Of a stretch of DNA of 64,000 bases, positions 8,719 to 17,162 are shown piece by piece. Every line of letters begins with the position of its first letter. Positions within the stretch are counted from its first letter, which is position 1. Both the position numbers and the translations under genes were made by a program. Source of the stretch: Eubacteriales bacterium (GTDB lineage Bacteria > Bacillota > Clostridia > Oscillospirales > CAG-272); NCBI GenBank assembly GCA_045656325.1, contig JAZOQX010000135.1, positions 16 through 64,015 on the forward strand, read 5' to 3'. Below the pieces are notes generated by a model. The model saw only the letters and a list, made by a program, of their open reading frames with translations, did not search any database and was not told the DNA's origin.

Positions 8719-9789
8719 TTAAAGTCTGACTTCCATGCCCGTTTCCGCGGAGCGGTACATAGCTTCCAAAATTTTTATCATATTGACACCTTGCTCGGGG
8801 GTAAAATCGGGCTTGGCGTTCTTTTTCAGAACGTTCGCGAAGTGTTTAATGTTGTCACCGTGAATTTGGCTTGTATCCGTAAGCCTTGGGTGAATATCCT
8901 CAAGAACACCGTCGTTCTCGGTGAAAATCTTGAGAATGCCGTCCTTTAGCTCTGCCCCTGCCTTGTCTCCGCGCAGCTCAACGAAAATGGTTTCCTTTTC
9001 CACGTTGGATGCCCAAGAAAATTCGATTTGCAGGCAGGCTCCGTTGTCAAATCGGATGAAGCCCATGGCAAGATCCTCAACGTCAAAGATGCCGTCCTCC
9101 TTCTTATCCCCGAAGGAGGAGTTGACGGAGTCGGATACGTCGTTGTCTGCGAATTTCGTGTAGGCGCAGCCCGATACCGCGACGGGGGTAGGATTGCCCA
9201 TCAGCCAAATGGAAAGGTCGATCATGTGTACGCCGAGGTCGATCAGGGGTCCGCCGCCCGACTGCTCCTTGGTCGTAAACCAGCCGCCCTTGCCGGGGAT
9301 TCCGCGGCGTCGCTGCCAACCGCATCTGCCGCAATAAATATCGCCCATTTTCCCTTCCTCTATGTATTTTTTGAGATACTGAGCGGTGTGGCGATAGCGA
9401 TTGTTTCTCATGACCATCAGATGCCTGTCGTTTTTCTCGGCTGCCGCCTTCATTTTGAGTGCCTCCTGCACGGAAACGGCATCGGGCTTTTCACAAAAAA
9501 CGTGAAGCCCGCGGTTCAACGCGTCCACGGCAATGACAGAGTGGAGATAATTGGGGGTGCAGATATCCACGTAGTCAAGATCCTCAACGCAAAGAAGCTC
9601 CTTATAATCGGTAAAGGAAGGGACGCTTTCCATATCAAAAGCCTTTTTAAAAGCCTCAAGCTTTTCGGGGAGAATATCGCAGATTGCGGCAATTTCAATA
9701 ATGTCCTCCATTCTCTTGTACCCCTTCATGTGAGCGTTTGTCATAATTCCGCCCAGACCGATCAGACCTACTCTCAGTTTTTTACTCAT
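8719..9789 (-). CDS. Gfo/Idh/MocA family oxidoreductase
   Basis: The protein is 356 aa. It has the N-terminal Rossmann motif LRVGLIGLGGI and the EKP motif (FCEKP). Confidence 0.88.
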   Translation of the reverse strand: MSKKLRVGLIGLGGIMTNAHMKGYKRMEDIIEIAAICDILPEKLEAFKKAFDMESVPSFTDYKELLCVEDLDYVDICTPNYLHSVIAVDALNRGLHVFCEKPDAVSVQEALKMKAAAEKNDRHLMVMRNNRYRHTAQYLKKYIEEGKMGDIYCGRCGWQRRRGIPGKGGWFTTKEQSGGGPLIDLGVHMIDLSIWLMGNPTPVAVSGCAYTKFADNDVSDSVNSSFGDKKEDGIFDVEDLAMGFIRFDNGACLQIEFSWASNVEKETIFVELRGDKAGAELKDGILKIFTENDGVLEDIHPRLTDTSQIHGDNIKHFANVLKKNAKPDFTPEQGVNMIKILEAMYRSAETGMEVRL

Positions 9790-9909
9790 GTTAATTTCCT
9801 CCGATTTAAAAATTTGAAATTTAACAATAAAAGTATAGCATTTACTTGGAGAATGTGCTATAATTCATTTATTGAAAAATATCGTTTTTTTACGGTGGGA
9901 GGGTTTTTT

Positions 9910-10773
9910 ATGAATTCCTATGCGGAGAGGCCGTTCAGGATCAATGGAGTGAAAAGCTGGATGCACTGCTTGGACTGCCAAGGCAAGCCATCCTCTGACG
10001 CGAGAGGGGAAAAGCGGTATCACTATCATGATTATATAGAATTTATTTATGCTTTGGATGCGGATATGGAGGTCTGGATGGCGGGTGTTCCCCATCAAAT
10101 GGTAACGGGCGAGCTGCTGATTATCAATTCGGGCGAACCTCATACCTTTACTTTTCGCCGCGACTCTCGGTATATCTGCGTGAAGTTTTCCCCTCGGGTG
10201 CTGTATTTTGATGATAATACCCTGTTTGAATTTAAATACGTGATGCCCTTCGTGTCGGATGAAAGCCATAAAAGACTGTTTGGCAAGGAAGACCTTGAGG
10301 GTGTGGATGTTCACGCGCTTTGCGTGGAGATGCTAAATGAATGGAATGAGCGCCGTCCCGCATTTGAACTACTGATCAGAGCCAATATATTGAAAATATT
10401 TACGGGAATCTTCCGCTATTGGGAGAGAGAACATCTGTTTTACACCGAAACGATCATTCCCGAGCCGATCAAGCGCGCGCTGCGGTATATTTTAGAGCAT
10501 TTTGATACGGTGACGGAAAGGGAGGTATCTGCGGTGTGCGGCTTGAGCTACCATCATTTTTCCGCAGCCTTTAAGAAATCCGTAGGAAGAAACTTTTATG
10601 AATACGTTACGCTTCTGCGTCTGAACGAGGCGGAAAGGCTCATCATTTCCGACGACAGGAGTATAACCGAGATTGCGTATGCCTGCGGTTTTTCCTCCAC
10701 CAGTCATTTTATTGCCCGATTCAAATCGCAAAAAGGAGTGACACCCGGTCAGCTCAGAAAAAGGGTGCGGTGA
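9910..10773 (+). CDS. AraC family transcriptional regulator (cupin N-domain plus AraC HTH)
   Basis: I place the start at the ATG at 9910 (MNSYAERPF...). The upstream part of track ORF 9028..10773 is antisense to the oxidoreductase gene. The C-terminus has AraC-type HTH segments (SAVCGLSYHHFSAAFKK..., ITEIAYACGFSSTSHFIARFK). Confidence 0.85.
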   Translation: MNSYAERPFRINGVKSWMHCLDCQGKPSSDARGEKRYHYHDYIEFIYALDADMEVWMAGVPHQMVTGELLIINSGEPHTFTFRRDSRYICVKFSPRVLYFDDNTLFEFKYVMPFVSDESHKRLFGKEDLEGVDVHALCVEMLNEWNERRPAFELLIRANILKIFTGIFRYWEREHLFYTETIIPEPIKRALRYILEHFDTVTEREVSAVCGLSYHHFSAAFKKSVGRNFYEYVTLLRLNEAERLIISDDRSITEIAYACGFSSTSHFIARFKSQKGVTPGQLRKRVR

Positions 10774-10798
10774 GGATTTCCAATAGGCAATAAAAAAC

Positions 10799-10829
10799 AG
10801 GACAGACCAATTGGTCTGTCCTATTTTTT
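10799..10829. terminator. Bidirectional hairpin terminator after the AraC gene
   Basis: The stem is AGGACAGACC (10799-10808) paired with GGTCTGTCCT (10813-10822). It is flanked by A6 upstream and T6 downstream. Confidence 0.8.
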
Positions 10830-10851
10830 GGCGGAGAAGGAGAGATTTGAA
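10823..10851 (-). repeat. 29-nt perfect direct repeat of the tRNA-Ser 3' end plus flanking nucleotides. This is copy 1; copy 2 is at 11052-11080.
   Basis: ATTTTTTGGCGGAGAAGGAGAGATTTGAA occurs identically at 10823-10851 and at 11052-11080. The second copy is the genuine 3' end of the tRNA gene. Confidence 0.9.
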
Positions 10852-11057
10852 GCGGCTTTGCCGCCCACTCGCGTCGCATAGTCGCCCTGTGTCGCTCGAT
10901 ACACTCGCTCCTTGGGCTTCTTGCTTTGGCTCCTTCGCTTCGCAAAAACGATATTTCATCGTTTTTGCTTGCTCGCCCTTGCCGATAACCGGCAAGGCGC
11001 AAATCTCTCTTCGTCGGAGCAAAAAATAAAACCACCCTGATGGGTGGTTTCATTTTT

Positions 11058-11151
11058 TGGCGGAGAAGGAGAGATTTGAACTCTCGCGCCGGTTAATCCC
11101 GACCTACACCCTTAGCAGGGGCGCCTCTTCGGCCAACTTGAGTACTTCTCC
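11058..11151 (-). tRNA. tRNA-Ser (anticodon GCU)
   Basis: The reverse complement is GGAGAAGTACTCAAGTTGGCCGAAGAGGCGCCCCTGCTAAGGGTGTAGGTCGGGATTAACCGGCGCGAGAGTTCAAATCTCTCCTTCTCCGCCA. It has a 7-bp acceptor stem, an anticodon loop CT-GCT-AA, a long variable arm, a T-arm GAGAG/TTCAAAT/CTCTC and an encoded CCA. A terminator hairpin follows at 11021-11058. Confidence 0.93.
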
Positions 11152-11243
11152 GTACGCGCAGATTCGCCGTTTCTCCAAATCTGCCCTACTATTATACCCC
11201 ATTTCTTGGGGTTTGTCAATATCTTTTTTATCTTTTTTTCCGC

Positions 11244-11771
11244 TTATTTTGCTTTCCGTTTCGGATCCTTTCTTTTGATCCGAAATACGAAGATCTTACT
11301 AATAAAGTAATTGGTGAAAACAATGATCACCGACGAGATTACCTTTGCCCAAAGCCGCGCGTCCACGTCGAAGCCGTGAGAGAATACGTTCAGCGTAAAG
11401 GAGGGACAATTCAGGGACTCCAGCGCTTCAATCGCCCCCAGATTGATGACGACCTCTAAAAAGTAGGTGAGAAGCCGCGAGCTGATGAAGGCGGTAAACT
11501 GTCTGAGCGACACCCGCCAGCCCTTATCCGCCTCGGTGAACACCCAAAGCTTACTGGTAACAAAGGAAACCAAAACGCCCGACACCCATTGAGAGGTGCT
11601 TCCCAAAATGTCCAGAAACGGCGTAGGATCCCCGTTTTCATCTGCCCAGATCGCCACACCGTAGTGCAGCGTCAGATACCATGCCAGCAGGGAAACCACG
11701 GTCGTTACCAAGCCGAAAAGCAAATAGCAGATCAGCTGCTTTTCTTTTTTCAGAAATGCTTTCAGCTTCAT
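11244..11771 (-). CDS. GtrA family membrane protein
   Basis: The protein is 175 aa with four hydrophobic segments. The N-terminus (LICYLLFGLVTTVVSLLAWYL) and the basic C-terminal tail are typical of GtrA-like proteins. Confidence 0.7.
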   Translation of the reverse strand: MKLKAFLKKEKQLICYLLFGLVTTVVSLLAWYLTLHYGVAIWADENGDPTPFLDILGSTSQWVSGVLVSFVTSKLWVFTEADKGWRVSLRQFTAFISSRLLTYFLEVVINLGAIEALESLNCPSFTLNVFSHGFDVDARLWAKVISSVIIVFTNYFISKIFVFRIKRKDPKRKAK

Positions 11772-11806
11772 TCCGTTTTTCCTCCCTTCGGTATCGGTAC
11801 TTTCCC

Positions 11807-13030
11807 TTATTTTTTAATGCGCTCCGCATACTGGCGGGCGGCATCCTCGGTCTTGTTTTCTCCGTAGCGGTAATATTGCTTGTCCTTGAGGTCATCGGGC
11901 AGATAGGTCTGCTTCACGTAGTGGGCGGGGTAATCGTGGGGGTATTTATAGCCCTTGAAAAGGGGGCTTTGCAGATGCTTTGGAATATTTCTTCCGCTTC
12001 CCTTTTCCACGTCCTCCATGGCTTCATTGACCGCCATATATGCCGAATTGGACTTGGGCGCGGTTGCCAGCAGCATGGCGGCGTGCGCCAAGGGGATCCT
12101 TGCCTCGGGCATTCCCAGCTCCTTTGCCGATTCGCAGCAGGCTCTCGTCACCACTGCCGCCATGGGATACGCCAGTCCCACGTCCTCCGAGGCGATGACC
12201 TGCAGCCGTCGGCAGACCGAGATCAGCTCGCCCACCGACAAAAGCTTTGCCAGATAAAACGCCGTAGCGTCGGGATCCGACCCGCGAATCGATTTCTGCA
12301 AGCAGGACAGAAGGTCGTAATGGGTGTCCTCATCAAAGTTTCCCACGGGAACGTGGAAGCTATCCACGTCTTCCTTGGTAATCTTCTCCTCCGAGGCAAA
12401 ATAGGCGTTTTCCATCAGCACAATGGCGTGGCGAACGTCTCCCGAGGTAGTACGGGCGATATAAAGAAGCACCTCGTCCTCCACGGTCTTGCTCTTCCCC
12501 ATTTCTCCGTTCAGGTAGTCAAGGGCGCGCTTGAGGGCGATTTTCACGTCCTCGGGCGCCACGGGCTTAAACTCAAAGAGTGAGGAGCGGGAAAGAATGG
12601 CGTTATAGATATAAAAATGAGGGTTTTCGGTGGTTGACGCGATCAGGGTCACCCGACCGTCCTCGATATACTCGAGGAGTGCCTGCTGTTGCTTTTTGTT
12701 GAAATACTGGATCTCATCGATATACAAAAGGATCCCGCCCGTGGCGAACACGCTGTTGGTACCCGAGAGAATGTCCTTCACGTCCGACAGAGACGCCGTG
12801 GTGGCGTTCAGCCGATGGAACACCATGTTCGATTCTCTTGCGATGATTTCGGCGGCGGTGGTCTTTCCCGTGCCGGGAGGACCGTAGAAGATCATATTGG
12901 TGATTCGCCCGCTTGCCAGCATCTTGCGAATCACGCCCCGTTCGCCGAACAGGTGCTTTTGTCCTACGATTTGGTCAATGGTTTTCGGACGGAGCGCTTC
13001 GGCGGTCCGTATATTCATCATGCCTGACAC
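11807..13030 (-). CDS. rarA: Replication-associated recombination protein A (AAA+ ATPase)
   Basis: The protein is 407 aa. It has Walker A FYGPPGTGKTT, Walker B LLYIDEIQ, and a MgsA-type C-terminal domain (HYDLLSCLQKSIRGSDPDA). Confidence 0.92.
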   Translation of the reverse strand: MSGMMNIRTAEALRPKTIDQIVGQKHLFGERGVIRKMLASGRITNMIFYGPPGTGKTTAAEIIARESNMVFHRLNATTASLSDVKDILSGTNSVFATGGILLYIDEIQYFNKKQQQALLEYIEDGRVTLIASTTENPHFYIYNAILSRSSLFEFKPVAPEDVKIALKRALDYLNGEMGKSKTVEDEVLLYIARTTSGDVRHAIVLMENAYFASEEKITKEDVDSFHVPVGNFDEDTHYDLLSCLQKSIRGSDPDATAFYLAKLLSVGELISVCRRLQVIASEDVGLAYPMAAVVTRACCESAKELGMPEARIPLAHAAMLLATAPKSNSAYMAVNEAMEDVEKGSGRNIPKHLQSPLFKGYKYPHDYPAHYVKQTYLPDDLKDKQYYRYGENKTEDAARQYAERIKK

Positions 13031-13091
13031 GAAACGTCCAAGCCTCCCTTTCTTCGTTTATCGGATATTCGGTAGATCTGCTTCTCGTTCT

Positions 13092-13742
13092 TTACTGATT
13101 GAACATCTCCAAAAAATCGTTGAGCAGAGAGAGCAGAAACGGAAGAAATCCAAGGACCGTCAGCATCACGGCAAGGATGACGACGGCAAAAACGACGGCT
13201 CCGCCCAAGGTACTTCCCTTTCCCTCGAATTTGATATCCGCCATGTATTTCATATCCTCGGGAATATAGAAATGGTGATGATCGGGGTCCACGCGGAAGT
13301 CGGCTCTCGCCTTCTTTCCTTTTCCCTTTCTTCCCTTCTCCGCGTATGTTTGCCAATACGCTTCCTCCTCGGCGCAGCGAACCACGCGGCGCAGGGACAG
13401 GCTCTTCCGAACCGCCCTTCGGATCATAAGCTTGTCCGCGTAATTCAGCTCGGGCAGCGTTTTCCCGCTTTCGGGGGACAGACATTCCTCCGCAAGGAGG
13501 TGTCGGACGAATCTTCCGAGGATCTGCTTGTTGTAGACCGCCACGAAGCCGCCCAGCGCCAATCCCAAAAAGATTCCGATGATGATCAGACGCAGGGAGA
13601 GGGCTCCCATGACGCTCAGGTTGATATTGGAATATTCGGGAAGATCCCCGAAAAATGTTTGATAAAGATTGTCCCAGATGCCCTCAGAGGAGGAAGGCAC
13701 CTCTGCCGATGCGGTCAAGGCGTATATCCATCTACCCTTCAT
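13092..13742 (-). CDS. Hypothetical membrane protein
   Basis: The protein is 216 aa with two clear hydrophobic helices flanking a Lys/Gly-rich loop. It sits in a tight operon context between rarA and serS. I recognise no family. Confidence 0.55.
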   Translation of the reverse strand: MKGRWIYALTASAEVPSSSEGIWDNLYQTFFGDLPEYSNINLSVMGALSLRLIIIGIFLGLALGGFVAVYNKQILGRFVRHLLAEECLSPESGKTLPELNYADKLMIRRAVRKSLSLRRVVRCAEEEAYWQTYAEKGRKGKGKKARADFRVDPDHHHFYIPEDMKYMADIKFEGKGSTLGGAVVFAVVILAVMLTVLGFLPFLLSLLNDFLEMFNQ

Positions 13743-13757
13743 GGGCTCCTCCGATTT

Positions 13758-15038
13758 TTATTTTTTAATGATCTCCGCGCCTACGTACTTGCGGAGAACC
13801 TCGGGGACGACCACAGAGCCGTCTGCCAACTGGTTCTGCTCCACGAGGGCAGGAAGAATGCGGCTGGTTGCCAGACCCGATCCGTTCAGGGTGTGGACAA
13901 ATTCGGTCTTTCCGTCGGCTCTCTTGACGCGCATCATGCCGCGGCGCGCCTGATAATCGCGGGCGTTGGATACGGAGGATACCTCCTTGTATCCGTTCAT
14001 GGAGGGAATATTGATCTCAATGTCGTAGGTCCGCGCCATGGATGCCGAGCAGTCCTCAGCCGCCAGCTTGACCGTGCGGAAGTGGAAGCCAAGTCCCTTG
14101 ACGAGGTTCTCCGCATTGGCTACCAGCTCCTCAAACGCCTCGTCGCTCTTTTCGGGCAGAGTGTACTGAACCATTTCCACCTTGTTGAACTGGTGTCCTC
14201 TGACCATTCCTCGCTCGTCGGCGCGGTAGCTGCCCGCCTCGCGGCGGAAGCAGGGGGTGTAGCTGATATATTTACGGGGCAGATCTGCCTCGGTAAGGAT
14301 CTCGTCTCTGTGCAGAGAAACCAAGGCGGTCTCCGCAGTGGGAAGCATAAAGCGGCGGCGCTCGTCCTCGGCGGTTTCCAGCCAATAAACGTCATCGGCA
14401 AATTTGGGGAACTGACCCGCAGTCAGACCGCACTCGTAGCCCAGCATATGGGGGACCAGCACCAGCTCGTAGCCGTTGCCGATGTGGGTATCCACAAAGT
14501 AATTCAGGAGCGCCCACTCAAGACGCGCGCCCATTCCGCGGTAGATCCAGAAGCCCGCGCCAGAAAGCTTGGTTCCTCTCTTGTAGTCGATCAGACCCAA
14601 ATCGGTGCAAAGATCCACGTGGTTCTTAGGCTCGAAATCAAAGACCTTCGGCTCGCCGAAGAAGCGCAGAGGTTCGTTGTTTTCCTTTCCGCCGGGCAAA
14701 AGATCCTCATCGGGCAGATTGGGAAGACCCAGCATGACCGACTGGAACTGCGTTTCCACGGACTTGAGCTTCTCATCGATCTCCTTGGTTTTGGCGCTCA
14801 TTTCCTTCATCTGAACGAAGATAGCGGAAACGTCCTTTCCCTCCTTCTTGTAGGCGGGGATCAGTTTGTTCATTTTGTTCTGCTCTGCCTTGATCGACTC
14901 GGTTTCGGCGATCAGGTTTCTTCTTTCGGCATCCAGCGACAAAATCTGCGCGATTTCTTCCTTGGCATCCTTGCCCTTCTTGGCAAGTCTGGCGATTACT
15001 TCCTCGGGTTTTTCCTTGATATATTTGATATCTAACAT
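13758..15038 (-). CDS. serS: Seryl-tRNA synthetase
   Basis: I place the start at the ATG at 15038 (MLDIKYIKEKPEEV), preceded by AGGAGA. The protein has class II aaRS motifs, a coiled-coil N-terminal arm, and TLNGSGLATSR near the C-terminus. Confidence 0.93.
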   Translation of the reverse strand: MLDIKYIKEKPEEVIARLAKKGKDAKEEIAQILSLDAERRNLIAETESIKAEQNKMNKLIPAYKKEGKDVSAIFVQMKEMSAKTKEIDEKLKSVETQFQSVMLGLPNLPDEDLLPGGKENNEPLRFFGEPKVFDFEPKNHVDLCTDLGLIDYKRGTKLSGAGFWIYRGMGARLEWALLNYFVDTHIGNGYELVLVPHMLGYECGLTAGQFPKFADDVYWLETAEDERRRFMLPTAETALVSLHRDEILTEADLPRKYISYTPCFRREAGSYRADERGMVRGHQFNKVEMVQYTLPEKSDEAFEELVANAENLVKGLGFHFRTVKLAAEDCSASMARTYDIEINIPSMNGYKEVSSVSNARDYQARRGMMRVKRADGKTEFVHTLNGSGLATSRILPALVEQNQLADGSVVVPEVLRKYVGAEIIKK

Positions 15039-15072
15039 GACTTTTCTCCTAATTTCCAATTATTTCCAATTT

Positions 15073-15969
15073 TTAGTTTGCGGTTTCGTTAAAAATGTCG
15101 TTTCCGCAGAGCATCTGAAGCAGAGCCTCCAGATCCTCGTCGTTATCATAGCTCAGCTCAACCACTTTCTTTCTGGCGGAGCGAGAGATCCGTACCTTTC
15201 TTCCCAAGGTAGAGGTGGCGCGATGCTCCAGCTCCTTCATGTGTACCTTTACCTGTGTGGGAACCGTTTCCTCTTTTCCCTCGATGGATTGCAGATTCTT
15301 GATGCGGTTGACCAATGCCTCGACCTCTCGGACCGAAAGGTTTCTCTGCAGAATGCGCTGGGCGATCTCCAGCATACTTTCCTCGGTGGGAAGTCCGAGA
15401 AGGGCTCTTGCGTGTCCCGCGCTCAGATCTCCCGAACGGAGCATTTCCAATACCTCGGCGGGCAGGTCCAGAAGGCGAAGCATATTGGCAACGGCAGAAC
15501 GGCTCTTCCCTACCTGCTTTGCCACCTCTTCCTGTGTCATACCGAATTTCTCAATCAGAGAGCCGTATCCCATGGCTTCCTCCACGGGGTTGAGGTCCTC
15601 TCGCTGAATATTTTCGATCAGAGCCACCTGAGCTGCCTTCAGCTCGTCCCCGTCAAATACTACCGCGGGGATCTCGGTAAGACCTGCCATCTTGGCAGCG
15701 CGCCAACGGCGCTCTCCCGCAATGATCTCGTAGAGTCCGGGAATGTCGCTGTTTTCCTTGACGATGATGGGCTGCAGCACGCCGTACTCGGCAATCGAGT
15801 CTGCCAGCGCCTCCAACGCCTCTTTTTCAAAGGTTTTTCTGGGCTGATCCCGTCTTGGTTCAATGTCGGACAGGCGGATGCTCTTGCCCGAGCCGCTTCC
15901 CAAGGAATTATCATCCAGAATATCGTAGAACTGTCTTCCAAGTCCTCTTTCTTCAATTTTTCTTGCCAT
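15073..15969 (-). CDS. spo0J: Chromosome partitioning protein ParB/Spo0J
   Basis: The protein is 298 aa. It has the ParB-box/CTPase motif IIAGERRWRAA, the HTH segment TQEEVAKQVGKSRSAVANMLRLL, and the N-terminal RGLGRQF motif. Confidence 0.92.
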   Translation of the reverse strand: MARKIEERGLGRQFYDILDDNSLGSGSGKSIRLSDIEPRRDQPRKTFEKEALEALADSIAEYGVLQPIIVKENSDIPGLYEIIAGERRWRAAKMAGLTEIPAVVFDGDELKAAQVALIENIQREDLNPVEEAMGYGSLIEKFGMTQEEVAKQVGKSRSAVANMLRLLDLPAEVLEMLRSGDLSAGHARALLGLPTEESMLEIAQRILQRNLSVREVEALVNRIKNLQSIEGKEETVPTQVKVHMKELEHRATSTLGRKVRISRSARKKVVELSYDNDEDLEALLQMLCGNDIFNETAN

Positions 15970-15989
15970 AATTTTCCATTCCTGCTTCT

Positions 15990-16217
15990 TTACTTGAAAT
16001 TTTTGAAGTTTGCGCGCACACTTCTGTTTTTGTGCTTGGTCTCATACAGGCTTTTGGTTTCCCGAGGGGGATTTGGATCGTTGGCGGAGGGGGCGATATG
16101 GATCGTCTCGTCACCCTGCCGCAGCGATGCGCTTCCCTTCCCGCTTCGGATCTGAGGTGTGTTGTCCTCCAACAGCTCGCCAAGGCTTCTGCCGAGTCCT
16201 GACGGTTTCTTTGCCAT
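15990..16217 (-). CDS. Small protein carrying a ParB N-terminal-like motif only
   Basis: This is a 75-aa ORF. The SD AAGGAGGAG lies 6 nt upstream of the ATG and overlaps the soj stop codon. The N-terminus MAKKPSGLGRSLGELLED resembles ParB N-termini. No ParB-box or HTH follows. Confidence 0.6.
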   Translation of the reverse strand: MAKKPSGLGRSLGELLEDNTPQIRSGKGSASLRQGDETIHIAPSANDPNPPRETKSLYETKHKNRSVRANFKNFK

Positions 16218-16228
16218 GGCTCTCCTCC

Positions 16229-16990
16229 TTATATTCTGGTTGCCAATTCCTTGGCGACCTCAAGATATTCCTTGGCTCCCTTGGAATTTTTATCGTGGTA
16301 ATACGCGGGCTTTCCAAAGCCGGGCGCCTCGGTCAGCTTGACGTTTCTGGAGATCTTCGTCTCAAAGAGACGATCCGAATAATGCTTCTCCAATTCGGCA
16401 ATGACCTGCATGGAAAGAAGAAGTCTGCCGTTATACATGGTGATGAGAATGCCGCTCAAGGTCAGGTCGGGATTATACAAGCGCTTGATGCGGTTGATCG
16501 TCACCATCAGCTGAGAAAGTCCCTCCAGCGCGTAAAATTCGCACTGCATCGGCACGATAACGCCATCGCTGGCGGCAAACGCGTTGATGGTCAGCATACC
16601 CAAGGATGGCGGGCAGTCGATCAAAATGTAATCGTAGGTATCCTTCACCTCTGCCAACGCGGTTTTCATGCGAAATTCGCTGTCCTCGAAGTCAAACAGA
16701 TCAAATTCCGCTCCTGCTAATGCGGTATTGGTGGGAATCACCGACAGATTTTGATAGGGTGTTTCTACGGCAATCTCCGACGCGGGCTTTTCTCCTGTCA
16801 GCAGATCGCGGGTGGATGCCTTCAGCCCCTTCTTGGAAATTCCCACGCCGCTGGTGGTATTTCCCTGAGGATCGAGGTCAACGATCAATACTTTATGTCC
16901 CAGCAAACCGAGGGATGCGGCAATATTCACGCAGGAGGTGGTTTTTCCCACTCCGCCCTTTTGGTTTGCGAATGCGATAATCTTTCCCAT
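16229..16990 (-). CDS. soj: ParA/Soj family chromosome partitioning ATPase
   Basis: The protein is 253 aa. It has the deviant Walker A motif KGGVGKTT at the N-terminus and a typical Soj length and organisation. Confidence 0.93.
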   Translation of the reverse strand: MGKIIAFANQKGGVGKTTSCVNIAASLGLLGHKVLIVDLDPQGNTTSGVGISKKGLKASTRDLLTGEKPASEIAVETPYQNLSVIPTNTALAGAEFDLFDFEDSEFRMKTALAEVKDTYDYILIDCPPSLGMLTINAFAASDGVIVPMQCEFYALEGLSQLMVTINRIKRLYNPDLTLSGILITMYNGRLLLSMQVIAELEKHYSDRLFETKISRNVKLTEAPGFGKPAYYHDKNSKGAKEYLEVAKELATRI

Positions 16991-17052
16991 AAGTGTCCTT
17001 TCTTTTGTGTTTTTCTATAATTTTGTAAATTGATTTCAGTTTTGCATTCTAT

Positions 17053-17081
17053 ATTATAGCATAGTCTCATCAATTTTGCAA
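17053..17081 (-). promoter_or_regulatory. Sigma-70-type promoter for the soj operon
   Basis: On the minus strand the -35 is TTGCAA (17076-17081), followed by a 17-nt spacer and a -10 TATAAT (17053-17058). Confidence 0.6.
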
Positions 17082-17146
17082 GGGCTATCCACAATAAATT
17101 TTGAAAAATAACGGGAGAAACGCGGTTTTCCGCATTTCTCCCTGTT

Positions 17147-17162
17147 TGTTTCACGTGAAACG
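17147..17162. promoter_or_regulatory. parS centromere-like site (15/16 match to the palindrome)
   Basis: The sequence is TGTTTCACGTGAAACG, against the consensus TGTTNCACGTGAAACA. It abuts the stop codon of the ParB paralogue at 17163. Confidence 0.85.

Noticed and set aside
9028-9909. The N-terminal 294 codons of track ORF 9028..10773
   Set aside because: This part is antisense to the well-supported Gfo/Idh/MocA gene. The AraC homology, including the cupin domain, begins at the ATG at 9910.
12897-15035. The 712-aa plus-strand ORF overlapping rarA, the membrane-protein gene and serS
   Set aside because: It is a high-GC antisense artefact. The opposite strand encodes three genes with clear family motifs. 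The ORF itself is low-complexity (runs of G, L, V, R) with no recognisable domain.
15039-15072. A T-box leader upstream of serS
   Set aside because: Only 34 nt separate the serS start from the parB stop. This is far too short for a T-box riboswitch, so serS appears to be co-transcribed with the par genes.
16991-17146. A possible oriC / DnaA-box cluster in the AT-rich soj-parB2 spacer
   Set aside because: Only one near-match to TTATCCACA is present (CTATCCACA at 17085-17093). An origin needs several boxes plus an unwinding element and is usually next to dnaA, which is not in the window.
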